From Carcharhinus longimanus (taxonomy: Eukaryota), in the NCBI GenBank assembly GCA_030264375.1, contig JASCQW010000001.1:94740575-94804574 (forward strand): a stretch of 64,000 nucleotides of DNA, given 5' to 3'. The translations under genes were made by a program, and so were the position numbers. The notes below the pieces were generated by a model, which searched no databases, had not been told where the DNA came from, and was given only the letters and a program-made list of their open reading frames with translations. This document shows positions 12,130-24,640 of the stretch, piece after piece; within the stretch, counting starts at the first letter, position 1, and each line of letters begins with the position of its first letter.

Positions 12130-13910
12130 TCTGCTCCATGCCCTAGTTGCATATTTGCTCCATATCTTTCAATATCTCTTGTTAACACAAATCTATAAAT
12201 CTTGGATTTAAAATTAAAATTGATTTTGCATAAATGTTGTTGATGCAAGAGCGTTCAAAATTTATTTCACCTGCTATATGGAAGTGTTTCCTATTTCACT
12301 CCTGAAAGATTTGACTGTAATTTTTACATGATATAACCTCTAGTCCCAGACTCCTCAGCCACCAAAAATGGTTTCTGCTTGTTCCCCATAAAACTTTAAT
12401 CAAATCACTGCTTAATTTTCTAAATTCCAGGAAAAACCACTTTAATTTGTATAATTCCTCCTGACAGCTTGACCCTTTGAATCCAGATATCATTCTGGCA
12501 AACCTATGCTGTACTTTCACCAAGGCCTCTCCTTAAGGCATGGTGCATAGAACTATCTGGTCACTGTGTTCTAACCAGAGCTTTGTATAGTTGAAACATA
12601 TGCTTCCTGGCAATCTAGCCCTCTAAATGCAAAGGCTAACATTCCATGAACATAACAGAACACAAGAAATATAAGCAACAGTAGACGACTAAGCCTGCCC
12701 TGCTGTTCAAATACCATCATGGCTGATCTATGCCAGTCTCAACCTTTGTGCCATCTGTCCATAACCCTCTACTTCTCGATCTATCAAATATTCATCCCCT
12801 TCCACTTTAAATACTTACAATGATCCAGCCGTGGCACCATCCTTTTGGACAGAGAATTCCAGAGATTCACCATCTTCTGCGAGAAGAAATTTCTACACCC
12901 CTCAGTTTTAAATGATCAGCCATTTATCTTGTTTGAGACTCTCTCAATAGTGAAAATTCTGACCATTTACCATGTCAAGCACCCTCAGGATCATGTATAT
13001 TTCAATAAGGTAACAGCTTGCTCTTCTAAACTCCACAAGGAGTACAGACCCAGTTTATTTAGTTTCTTGATAAGACAACCAATCCTCTCATCCCAGGAAT
13101 TAACTTGGTGAGTCTCCTTTGGACTGCCTCCAATGTTGTTATATCCTTTTTTTAGATTAGGAGACCAAAACTGTAGGCAATATCCCAGGTGAAGGCTCAC
13201 TAACACCCTGTGCAATTGCAACAAAACCTCCAACTCCCTTGCAATAAAGGCCAAAATGCTGTTTGCTGCCTTAAACACGTGTTGGATCTGTTGAACTATT
13301 TCAATTTTCTTCTGTAACTGCCCATATCATTATAATGGAATGTTCTTGGCCCAACATTTAGGAAGTGCTGTTTTCAATTTTTCATTCCATGGTAGATATT
13401 TCACATTTGCCCTCATTGAAACCCATTTACCATAGAATTATCCATTTATTAAAGCATAGAACACTACAGCACAAACAGGACCTTCGGCCCACAAGTTGCA
13501 CCGATCATATGCATACCTACCAGGCCTATCTATACTCTCCAATCCCATGACTTCATCCAGAAGTCTTTTAAAAGTTGTAGTAGAGTTCGCCTCTACCACC
13601 ACTGGCGGCAGCCGATTCCACTCACTCGAAAAACTTACCCCTGACATCTTCTCTGTACCTGCTCCCCATCGCCTTAAACCTGTGTCCTCTCGTAGCGACC
13701 ATTTCAGCCCTGAGAAGTAACCTCCGAGAATCCACCCTATCTATACCTCTCAACGTCTTATAAACCTCTATCAGGCCGCCTCTATATCTTTGTCTTCTCC
13801 AGGGAGAAGAGACCTAGCTCCCTCAACCCATCTTCATAAGGCAAACTTCCCAATCCAGGCAACATCCTTGTAAATCTCCTCTGCACCCTCTCAATAGCTT
13901 CCACATCCTA
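12130..13910 (-). mobile_element. Cluster of three stacked minus-strand CR1 3' fragments
   Basis: Separate tails at about 12650 and 13455. ORF 12991..13278 reads VLLQLHRVLVSLHLGYCLQFWSPNLKK and ORF 12296..12523 reads KVQHRFARMISGFKG. Confidence 0.8.
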
Positions 13911-14504
13911 AATTAATCATTTAATCACATCATTTAATCCCTCTTTGTAAATTAATGCTTCCATCAGCACCAATGGTGTCTAATCTTTTTGTGGGATAAG
14001 TCACATTTCAATGTTCTCACTCTCAGCACTGGTGTACAAATGTCAAAAAGATAAAGGATTGGAAATTTGACTTGCTATTAATCAAAGTAACAAAAAATGA
14101 GCATTTATATGAACAGTTCTGTGATCATTTCCATCAGTCATAATTTTGCATGAACAGTTTGCATCCTCCTTGGAAGAGCATAGACTTTTAAAACAATACC
14201 TAGTAATTCTTGGAATTACCTCATTCCACTCCACCCCACCCCCCCCATTTGTAATCCTAATGGTGCCTGGTGCAAATGTTTCCTTTAGGGTTTTTTGTAA
14301 TGGTTTGTTTCAGGGTTGCTTCACCTTGAAATTTTTATCATTTTTAGACAATTGTGAATTCCCATGCCAAGCAAAAATTGTATTCTGAATAAACAAAAAC
14401 GAAATCACCCCCTGGATCCGTGAACCCCAGGTTAAGCATCCTGAGTGCGCATTCACAGCTGCTCTTGACACTTTGTGTGTTGGCAGTAGGAGCTAGTGTG
14501 CTAG

Positions 14505-14800
14505 GAGGTGGCAAATGGAGTTTAATACGGAAAAGTGAGAGGTGATTCACTTTGGTAAGAGTAACAGGAGTACAGAATATAGGGCTAATGGAAGGACTCT
14601 TAGTAGTGTTGACGANNNNNNNNNNNNNNNNNNNNNNNNNNNNNNNNNNNNNNNNNNNNNNNNNNNNNNNNNNNNNNNNNNNNNNNNNNNNNNNNNNNNN
14701 NNNNNNNNNNNNNNNGTTAGAGGGTCATTAGATTGGTTCCACTGGTCGGCGCAACATCGAGGACCGAAGGACCTGTACTGCACTGTTATGTTCTATGCTA
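14505..14800 (+). mobile_element. CR1 fragment spanning a gap
   Basis: WQMEFNTEK*EVIHFGKSNRSTEYRANGRTL before the gap, and tail cgaaggacctgtactgcactgttatgttctatg after it. Confidence 0.75.
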
Positions 14801-16699
14801 ATAAGTATATATATATTACTGTGTGAGATGCTGCTAAAGGCCATTGACTTATACAGGCTGAACATCACTGCATTGCTCAAGCAACAGTGCCAAATTGCCT
14901 GACGTTGCTTGATGTTTAACATCAGCACTGATTTGGTCCTGCAACCTGTTTATATTCATGCATAAAGATCCTGGTCTTGGAAATCTGTTGATTCAAATTT
15001 CATTGAATCCCATCACTGGCTAAGAGGCTGACAGCAGCCGCCAAGAAACAAATTTCAATCATTATTTACTACTCAGACCCCTGGGGAAAATTATTTTCCA
15101 AATAAAAATTGAGATGCATCTTACCTTTAGGTTAAGGACTCATTCTGTTATGGCTGCTGAGTAATATTGTGATGCTTAGTCTGCATATGACTCAGTGCTC
15201 TTCAGCACTTTGCACTGCAATTTTCTAAGTGGATTAAAAGAGTGACTTCATTTTTTACTGCACTGGTGAAACTGGTTGTGCTTGTGGTGAGAAATGGAAC
15301 TGCAGGGAATAGAATAATGTGTGATCAACAATGCTACAATATCTAATGGTTAGGAAAGGTTTGCAGGCAGAAATCTTTAGTGGCCAGACACTAGCCTGTG
15401 GGCTATGTTGAAAACCCTGATCTACATGCTTAAATGGTGCTATATTTGTGTTATCAGCAAATCTGGATATGTGACTTTCTATCCTATCATCTAAGTTAAT
15501 AAATAGTGAATAGTTGAGCCCCCAGCACATTTATGTGGGGTTCCACAAGTCATATTCTGCCAGTGTCACCACTTTTGTCTCCTGCCGCTCACTTTCTAAA
15601 CCAGAACAATAAATTACCTTCAATTCAATTAGCTTCAAGTTTAGTTGACTGTCTGGTCATGCCAACAAAACAAGAACGAAAAAATATCTATCTGTATAAG
15701 GGAAAAAAAAGTCTATCTATATTTCCTTTGGATGCTTCAGTTTGCTCCTACAGTCCAAAGTTGTACAAGTTAGATGGAATGGCTATGCTAAATTGCCCTT
15801 TAGTGGCCCATTATGTGTAGGTATAAACTTGATGGTTGAGTGTCCTTTTCTGCACTGAATGAATTCTGAACCCATGTCAATCTGGCTACTTTATAAAATG
15901 GCTTTTCCTTGAATGAAAAGGATAAAGACTTTTCAGTGATTGAAGCCATGACTAGCTCCAACTCAAAAGGAATTTCTAGACTTCAAAAAAGCACTGCAAA
16001 CTCATCATCTCTAAAGATATGCTAATACCCCTTGTACAAAAAGCAAATTCCAAAGCAATACACAAAAGCCATTCTACATCTTTGAAGCAAAACCCTGGCA
16101 AATGAGGATGATCTATGAAGGCAAGAGACCCTGAAACCTCTAAGTTTATTAATGGATGACACATTAACCATCTCCATGCACACGTGCCTCCAAATATGTT
16201 GCCTTGTGAACCTAAAGGAGGCTCGTGGCAACCCTCTTCCTGCATTTTGAGCGAGTGAAGTAAAGTAACCCCCACGATTTTGCCCATCTCGAGTTTGCTT
16301 TGGTGTTATTAATAGAGGGTCAGATCATTTAAGGGTTGGGGAAATATGCCATCTCGTATGAAGGAGGAAAATCAACAAAAACACCTTTGTTTGATGGGTG
16401 ATGAGGCAAAAGATTAGGATTGTTTTATCTTTTCCTGTCTGCAACAATCTTTTATGAGGAACTTTCAAATGTTTCCTGCAGGTTCATATAAATTGCTACT
16501 TCTCCACTATCTCTTTCAAAAAATTCAATTTCTAAAATTGCTTAAAATTTTAGATTTTTGTTTTAAAAGAGAGTAATAAACCTTAGTTTTTTTATGAATG
16601 TTGAACGAACAAAACACCCTGCCTTGAGTTTATTTTAAAAATGATTTTTGTTTCTTTGTTATAATATTGTTATGGTGGGTTGTGGCTGATCTTCCTGAT

Positions 16700-17530
16700 T
16701 TCATTAATTATTGTCACATGTATTAGTATAAAGTGAAAAGTATTGTTTCTTGTGCGCTATGCAAAACATGCTGTACATGGAGAAGGAAAGGAGAAAGTGG
16801 AGAATGCAGTGTTACAGTCATAGCTAGGGTGTAGAGAAAGGTCAACTTAATGTGAGGTAGGTCCATTCAAAAGTCTGATGGCAGGAGGGAAGAAGCTGTT
16901 CTTGAGTAGGTTGGTATGTGTCCTCAGACCTTTTTGTATCTTTCTCCTGATGGAAGAAGGTAGAAGTGAGTATGTCTGGTTGCACGGGTCCTTGATTCTG
17001 CTGGCTGTTTTTCCAAGGCAGTAGGAAATGTAGACAGTGTCAATGGATAGGAGGCTGGTTTGAGTGATGGATTTTATTCATCCCTTTATTCGTGACCCTT
17101 TGTAGTTTTGTGCGGTCTTGGACAACACCGGAGCCATACCAAATTGTGATACAACCAGAAAGTATGCTTTCTATGTGCATCCATAGAAGTTGGTGAGAGT
17201 TATAATAGGCGTGGCAAATTTCTTTAGTCTCCTGAGAAAGTAGAAGTGTTGGTGGGCTTTCTTAACTATCGTGTCAGCGTGGAGGCAGATCGTTGGTGAT
17301 CCGGACACCTAAAAACTTGAAGCTTTTGACAATTTCTACTTCATTCCCATTGATGTAGACAAGGTCATGCCTTCCACTGTGCTTCCTGAAGTCAATGACT
17401 GACTATCTCCTTTGTTTTGTTGACGTTGAAGGAGAGATTATTGTCGTTGCATGAGTTCACCAGATTCTGACCTTTTCCTGTACTGTGTCTTGTCATTGTT
17501 TGAGATCAGACCCACAATGGTGTCGATCCT
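16700..17530 (-). mobile_element. Rex1/Babar-like LINE 3' portion
   Basis: The minus strand encodes a decayed PSIDTVYISYCLGKTASRIKDP...LLPSGER...NSFFPPAIRLLN-type C-terminus. It is collinear with the copy at 20320-20680. Confidence 0.7.
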
Positions 17531-20009
17531 CTTCAGGTTACAGACACTATATCCTGGATGCCTTGTGCTGAACTATACAAAGTCCTGGTTAGATCACACC
17601 AGGAGGACTGAGCACTTCTTGGTACCACACTTTAGGAAAGACATATTGGCCTCTTCAGGGACTGCAAAATGCAAAACCTTGGCTTTGAGTCATGAAGCTA
17701 GTCCTGGACTTTCAATATAGGTTAACTTTAGTCTTCTGGCATCTGACTCTGAAGCTGAAGTGCAATACTTTCCAATTCATTCTCTTTACATGGCTCACCC
17801 TTCTAAAAACAAATTTATTGTAGGTGTGGTATAATAGGATTCCTAAAATTGCTAGTTTCCATCAAAGGATATGGTTCTAAAACAAAGATTTTCTTACTAA
17901 ACAGGAACAAAAATTTGTGTCTCCATTCAGAGAATACATTTCTGTGCCATTTAATATTAGCGCTGTTAGTTTAAAGTGATTTTAAGTAAGTTAAACTGTT
18001 GTATTAGCGTTTTGGGATCATATTTTTGCATGTGAATTGTGTAATTTAAGGAAAAATTGTAAACCTTGATCATGCTTTTTTTTGAAAGGGAAGATGTTTG
18101 AGTTGATCGGGAGTATGTAGTGGTGGCGGAATGTGGGTAAATTGTGTAGCTAGCATTGGGTTGATGCTCTCGATCTTTTTGCAAATGGATTAGTGGATAA
18201 ATATAGAGAATGAGGTAGTTAATGGTTCACATTCTAGCATGCTGTGTTCCTGGAGTTGTAGGAATTAATTTTAAATGATTGAACTTGCTTGTACGTCTGG
18301 TCTGTTCGGATTATGTTCCAGAGCCCATGCTTGGTGGTACTCTTGTAAATTTAACATGTAAATTACATTTGATTAGGATATTTGATACGTTAAAAAATAA
18401 TGTAAATAAAAGTTGTTTTTGATTGTGTGGCATTTTTAATGGTCCAGTAGTTGCATCCCTGGCTCAGACCGTGAGAACAGTGGTTAGTTGGTATGGTACT
18501 TCACGGCTGCTTGCATCCTTGGACACCTGCACCAGTAAAGTTGGTACCTTCACGAGAGACAAAAAGGCTCTTCCTTCGTAACAGTGAAGCAATTCTGTAA
18601 AAGTGCAATGATATTTTTCAGCAGTCAGTGCCAAGACAAATGTTGACTTGCTACTGAAGTTGAGTTATGCTGAGTTTGAAAATGTGTAGTAATTATTTAA
18701 TCGACTAGCAGATGGTGCATGTGAGCTACTTCCATGATGATTAGCACTGCCAAGAATACATTATATTACTGGGATTTGTAAGGGGAGAAAAATTTAAAAG
18801 CCTTGAACACTGGCAAGTGTTAGGATTTATTTGGCAAATGCTTCAGAAATGAGACTCAAAATTGATGTCTCCATTCAATTAGCAAGACTGCAAAGCAGAA
18901 TGTACTTCATGGCATAGTTGGTATCTTGTGGAGAATAAATATACAGACTGCAATGATGTGCATACAAATACTTTACTGTTCTGTTTTGATATTCACATCA
19001 ACAGTATCTCTCTTGTCCTGCTTATTGGATCTCCATTCCAGCCCACCTTTGCAGTTCTGTTCTCACATACCTTCCATTTGGGAAACTCGTGTAGGCTCCT
19101 GTTAGACATTGGATGATTGTCATTAGCATTGAAATTTTACTCTGGAGGACAAGAGCTTCATTGTCCCAGGAGTAAGCCTTTCAGCTATGCATGATGTAGC
19201 ATTTGCCAACCATGTTGTTATTGCTTGGAAATCACAGCTCTGATCCTCTTATCACTTTGGGCCAATGTCCCTGGTGCCTCTTTTTTTTCTTGCCCCCAGC
19301 CACCTTGTCTGTGCTGATCTGACATACATAAAAATTTGAAGCTACTTAGTTCATCATGTCTGCACAGCCAAAATAGAGCTACCTAGCCTAATCCAGCTTT
19401 GCAGCTTGTAGTCTATAACCCTGTCAGTTACAGCACTTCAGTTGTCTTTTCATCTCCTTTTACGTGTTAATACTGGAAAACAATGTCTTCTTAAAAAAAG
19501 ACATTTGTTTTTAAGGATGAGCTGAAGAATGTCGCCTTGATTATAATCACCTGATTTGCCCAGACCTTTGTTCCCTGGTCCTTTTTATAATCTTGACATC
19601 CTGCAGGATAGCCCTTGGTTCTATACCATATTTTCTCAATTACCCACGTTGATTTTATAACCTGCATTTCAGAAGATAAAGTGCAGCAGTAGAAAAGGAA
19701 AATAGCCAGAGGTAATGATGATATTTATAAAGCTTTTGTTTGAAAGGGATTGATGGAAAGGACTATATAAATCATTTACATGGGAGCCTAATTATCATGC
19801 AAAAGAAGTACATGGGCAAGCGTGTAATTTTTCAAAAGTAGCTTATCTGTTTTTTGACAGCTATTTTACTTGGGTTTTGTAACACCATGCAAGACTTAAA
19901 CTGTAGACGTTNNNNNNNNNNGGATGAATTACTTTCCTTTACTCTGCATATTGGGAAGAGGGGATTCCTTTGTAGTTTGTTGGCTCCATAGTATTGAAAA
20001 CTTGTAAAA

Positions 20010-21140
20010 GAACACAAGAAATAGGGCTGAAGTAGACCATGTGGCCATTGTCCTTCTGCCATTTAATATGATCATGGCTGATCTTGGGCCTCAACTGTAT
20101 TTTCCTGCTTCCTCCCCATATCCCTTTATTCCTTGAGAGACTAAAAACATCCCAGCCTTAAATGTGTTCAACGATGGAGCCTCCGCATCCTTTGAAGCAA
20201 TTTCTCCTCATCTCATTTAAATGATTGATTCCTTATATTGAGATTACGCTCTGTGTTTTAGATTTAACAATCGATGAAAGCAATGAGTGTCAACCCTATC
20301 AAACCACCTCAAAATTTTTTGATTTATTATTGTCACATGCATTAGTATACAGTGAAGTGTTGTTTCTTGTGCATGATACAGACAAAGCATACTGTTCGTA
20401 GCTAAGCAAACGAGAGTGCAGAATGTAGTGTTAAGTCATAGCTACAGGGTGGAGAAAGATCAACTTAACGCGAGGTAGGTCTATTCCAAAGTTTGATGGC
20501 AATGGGAAAAAGCTGTCGTGAGTCGGCTGGTAACTGACCTGAGACTTTTGTTTCTTTTTCCTGACGGAAGAAGGTGGAAGGAAGTATGTCTAGGGTGCAT
20601 GGGGTCCTTAATTGTGCTGGCTGCTTTGCCAAGGCAGCAGGAAGTGTAGACAGAGCCAATGGATGGGAGGCTGGTTTCTGTAGCTTTCAATGAGATTGCC
20701 CCTCTTCTAAGCTCCAGAGAATATAAACTCAATTTACTTAGCCCTTCATCATTGGACAACGTCCTCATCCCAGGGACCAATCTAGTGAGCCTTCACTGTA
20801 GCACCTCCAGTGCAGGTATATCCTTTCTTAAATGTGGAGACCAAAACTGCATGCAGTCTCTCATAAACCTTGTAGAATTCTAGCAAGATTTCTTTATTTT
20901 TGAATTTTGATCCTTTTGCAATAAAGATCAACATGCCATTTGTTTTTCTAATTGTTTACTGCACCTGCACGCTGACTCTTTGCATTCACCGTACATGCTT
21001 AGTCTCTTTTGAACGTCAACGTTTACAAGTTTCACATGTTTAAAACATGATCTTTTCTATACATGTGATCAAAGTGAATAGCTTCAGACTTCCCTACAGT
21101 TATACTCCCATGTGCTATCATCTTGCCCATTCACTTAAAC
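20010..21140 (-). mobile_element. CR1 3' fragment interrupted by a Rex1/Babar-like insertion at about 20320-20680
   Basis: CR1 tail gaacacaagaaatagggctgaagtagaccat. ORF 20481..20780 is a chimera of CR1 sequence (LSKLSLYSLELRR) and Rex1-like sequence (LPSIGSVYTSCCLGKAASTIKDP..HTSFHLLPSGKR). Confidence 0.75.
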
Positions 21141-21914
21141 AAGGTTAAAAGAATTTTATTTAATTGATTGCTTGAACACTGACCCATAATTTTGGAATTA
21201 AAATAGTTCCCACTCCTTCAGTACCGTCTCCCTTCCTTTAAAATTTCATGTCTTTGCCCTCTTCAAAAAGCATACTTCCAACCTTCTGTATTTAAACTGG
21301 TGCTTCTCACCACACTCCCTTTCCTGTCATCCTTGAACATGTTTTCATCTTCCATGTNNNNNNNNNNNNNNNNNNNNNNNNNNNNNNNNNNNNNNNNNNN
21401 NNNNNNNNNNNNNNNNNNNNNNNNNNNNNNNNNNNNNNNNNNNNNNNNNNNNNNNNNTCCTTGAACATGTTTTCATCTTCCATGTCCAAGCTCATCTTTC
21501 CCATAAATCATTGTTTGAATCTTTCCAATAAGTTTTTCTGTTTATTGCCTTAATCGAAGTGATAAATGATATCCTTTAACTGTGAACTGTGTGCTCTTGC
21601 CCTCCTCTACCTCCACAGCTCCTCTACCTTCTTTGAAGCAGATTGCAGCAGCCATAGCCTTTCTTCTGTTTTACACTTCAAAGAGACTGCTCTTGTTTCT
21701 TTCCACTTAACCATAGCCAGAAAGTTTCCCATAATGACTTCTGTTTCTGCCCCTGTGGTGTTGCCTTCTACATGCTAGCTCTTGACAGTGTAATCAAAAA
21801 ACATGGGGTCTGCTTCACGATGTAGAACTAACCCTGCCCTGCTTTTACTCTCCATTGCTCCACTTGACTCACCTACACCCTCTGCTATCAGTGATCAAAC
21901 TGATACCCAGTCTT

Positions 21915-22217
21915 GGAATAGAAGAATCATAGAATCCCAACGTTGCAGAAAGATACCATTTGAGCCTGCACTGACAACAATCCCACTCGGGCCCTAACCG
22001 TGTTATCCCACGTATTTACCCTGCTAATTGCTGTGACACTAAGGGGCAATTGATCATGGCCAGTCAACCTAACCTGCGCATCTTTGGACTATGGGAGGAA
22101 ACCAGAGCACTGAGGAAACTCGCACAGACACATGTAAACTCCACACAGTCACCTAAGGCCAGCATTGGACTTGGGTTCCTGTCACTGAGGCAGCAGTGCT
22201 AACCCCCGTGCCACCCT
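21915..22217 (-). mobile_element. HE1 SINE
   Basis: Reverse-complement match to 6484-6798: ...atcatggccagtcaacctaacctgcgcatctttggactatgggaggaaacc...gcagcagtgctaacc...gtgccaccc. Confidence 0.85.
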
Positions 22218-24329
22218 TTTGATGTGATAAAAATTTTCCCCAGTTGTGGAAATGCAAAATGCACCATTTTGTGTCTCATCCTCCTGTACATTTTATTTGA
22301 TCCTAAACTGAACTTCTGTCCCTACTTGATATCCACTCATGCTGGATGATGTTGAACCTTACCCCCAACTCCGTGCACCCTAACCTTCTGCAGCAACCTT
22401 TTGTGAGGCACCTTATCAAACGCCTTTTGGAANNNNNNNNNNNNNNNNNNNNNNNNNNNNNNNNNNNNNNNNNNNNNNNNNNNNNNNNNNNNNNNNNNNN
22501 NNNNNNNNNNNNNNNNNNNNNNNNNNNNNNNNCTACCTCGCTGAATATATTTAAATCACGGGTAGGTAGGTTTCTGATAGACGGGAATTAAGGGTTATGG
22601 GGAGAATGCGGGAAAGTGGAACTGATCCACTTCAGATCAGCCATGATCTTATTGTATGGTGGGGCAGGCTTGAAGGGCTAGATGGCCTACTCCTGCTCCT
22701 ATTTATGTTCTTTGGAGGAACGTTCAAAAAAAATTTGTAGATGATTCCTAACTATTCAGATTAACTTGGAGCTGAGTCTATAATATGTACGTATATATGA
22801 GAGATGTATTGGTTAAATGATTTAATTGGAAGTCCTATAAGATGAAGATGTGTTTGTGTGGCTGCTGACATTTCAGTTAGTTGGATAGCCAGTGTTCATG
22901 TACATAAATTCATGTACATAAAGTTCCAGCTCTATAGCTTTGCCCAGAAAGCAGCAAAAGCACAAGATGAGGGTCTTGAAGTAGCTGATGGATATAAACA
23001 TCACAGGGTTGTGTCAAAACATACTGCAGCTGAGGCATGGCCTTGTGGGTTTGTGGTGAGGGCTGGGTTTTATAAGGAAAATAGAGCTCTTCTGAAGAGG
23101 CATAGAACATAACGTGCAACACTGACCGGTGATGTTTTGGCCAAGTGTATTCCTAGATGACAATGCAGTGGACTGGAAAAAAATGACTGAAATGTGCAGA
23201 GTAACAATGAAGCCGGACACCACCTATGCCTCCATGCCAGTGTGAAGTGCAGTGTCAGGAGTGGGGGTTGGGGGACTCTTGGGATTCTAGTAATTGTTTC
23301 TACACCATCCAGGTTTGGGCACCTGGGTGGTGGGTTAGATGTGAGGTTATTCTTTTCCTGTTGAATTATAAGTTTATGGAGGAAGTCATTAGCCAGGGAA
23401 TTGACTGCTGATTCGAGTGTGCTGGACCAGTCCATAGCTACATGACAACGGCATTGTATATGTGGTAGGTGTTGAACAATATTTGTCATCAGTATAGCGT
23501 CCTGGACTAGTTTTGATTGGAGAGGTTGAAGAGGAAATATCTAGATTTCTGTCCCCCTGCAATAAACTGGCAGGTGGATTTGTGACAAGACGGCACTGAG
23601 TGACCATTGTTAGTGTAGGAGGCCATTCAGCCCTTCTGAATTGGCAAAAAAAAATTCAGGCTACAAGAATCAAGGATTTTAAAATAAATGCTACATGCTG
23701 AGATCTGGAATGTGTTAGCTTAAAGATGAAAATCCAATGTTACTTTTCAAAGTAGTTGAAGATTTTCTTAAAAAGGAAATATTTCAGATTTGTGGAAAAA
23801 GAAGAGGAGTGGAACTAATTGGATAACTTCCAAACAAGGATGATGGACTAAATAGCATCTCTGCTCTGTTGTTCAAGAAACTGTCCTTGGTGTTTGATTG
23901 AGATTTTAACCTTTCTTCAGGAGACTAACTAGAAAGAAGGGAATCTTGTGTCCTGATGCATAAAGATCAAAACTTGAACATTTTCATATGTGTGCGTAAC
24001 TCTAATTTCAAAAGACATCTACTGTCACTCAAACATCATCTGCCTCAGCTAAAACACTCATGCATGCCTTTTTCACCTTGAAGTTCCACTATTCCAAATC
24101 CCTCCTTGAAATCCTCCATGCTATATAAAGTTCATTCCCGAGACTTTATGACCTGTATTGGCATCTTGTTCTGCTCAGATCCTTGCTGACCTACGCTGGC
24201 TTCAGGCCCTTCAATGTAAAATGTTCCTTTGTAAACCCTTTCATGGCCTTGCCTCTCCCTTCTTTAATTTTCACCGTTCCAGCATGAACCATTTTAGATT
24301 TTCAATAAGTTGGAAAAATAGCTCAAGTC

Positions 24330-24640
24330 CATATGGCTTTCTTTCCAGAAACTAAGCTTGTTCTGGGGATCTGGATTCAAATCCTGCCATGGCAGATGGT
24401 GGACTATGAATTCAGTAAAAATATCTGGAATTGAGAATTTACTGATGACTATGAAACCATTGTTGATGTCGGCAAAAACCATCGTGTTCACTAATGTCCT
24501 TTTGGGGAAGGAAATCTGCTGTCCTTGCCTGATCTGGCCTGCATGTGATTCCAAGCCACAGCAATGTGGTTGACTGTCGACTGCTCTCTGCCAACTAGGG
24601 ATCAGCAATAAATGCTGGCCAGCCAGGAATGAATAAAAAT
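24330..24640 (+). mobile_element. tRNA-headed SINE (same family as 5598-5940)
   Basis: ggattcaaatcctgccatggcagatggtgg...gttcactaatgtccttttggggaaggaaatctgc...gcaataaatgctggcc. Confidence 0.75.

Noticed and set aside
20481-20780. 99-aa ORF with RT-like segments
   Set aside because: It is a chance in-frame junction between a CR1 fragment and a nested Rex1-like fragment.
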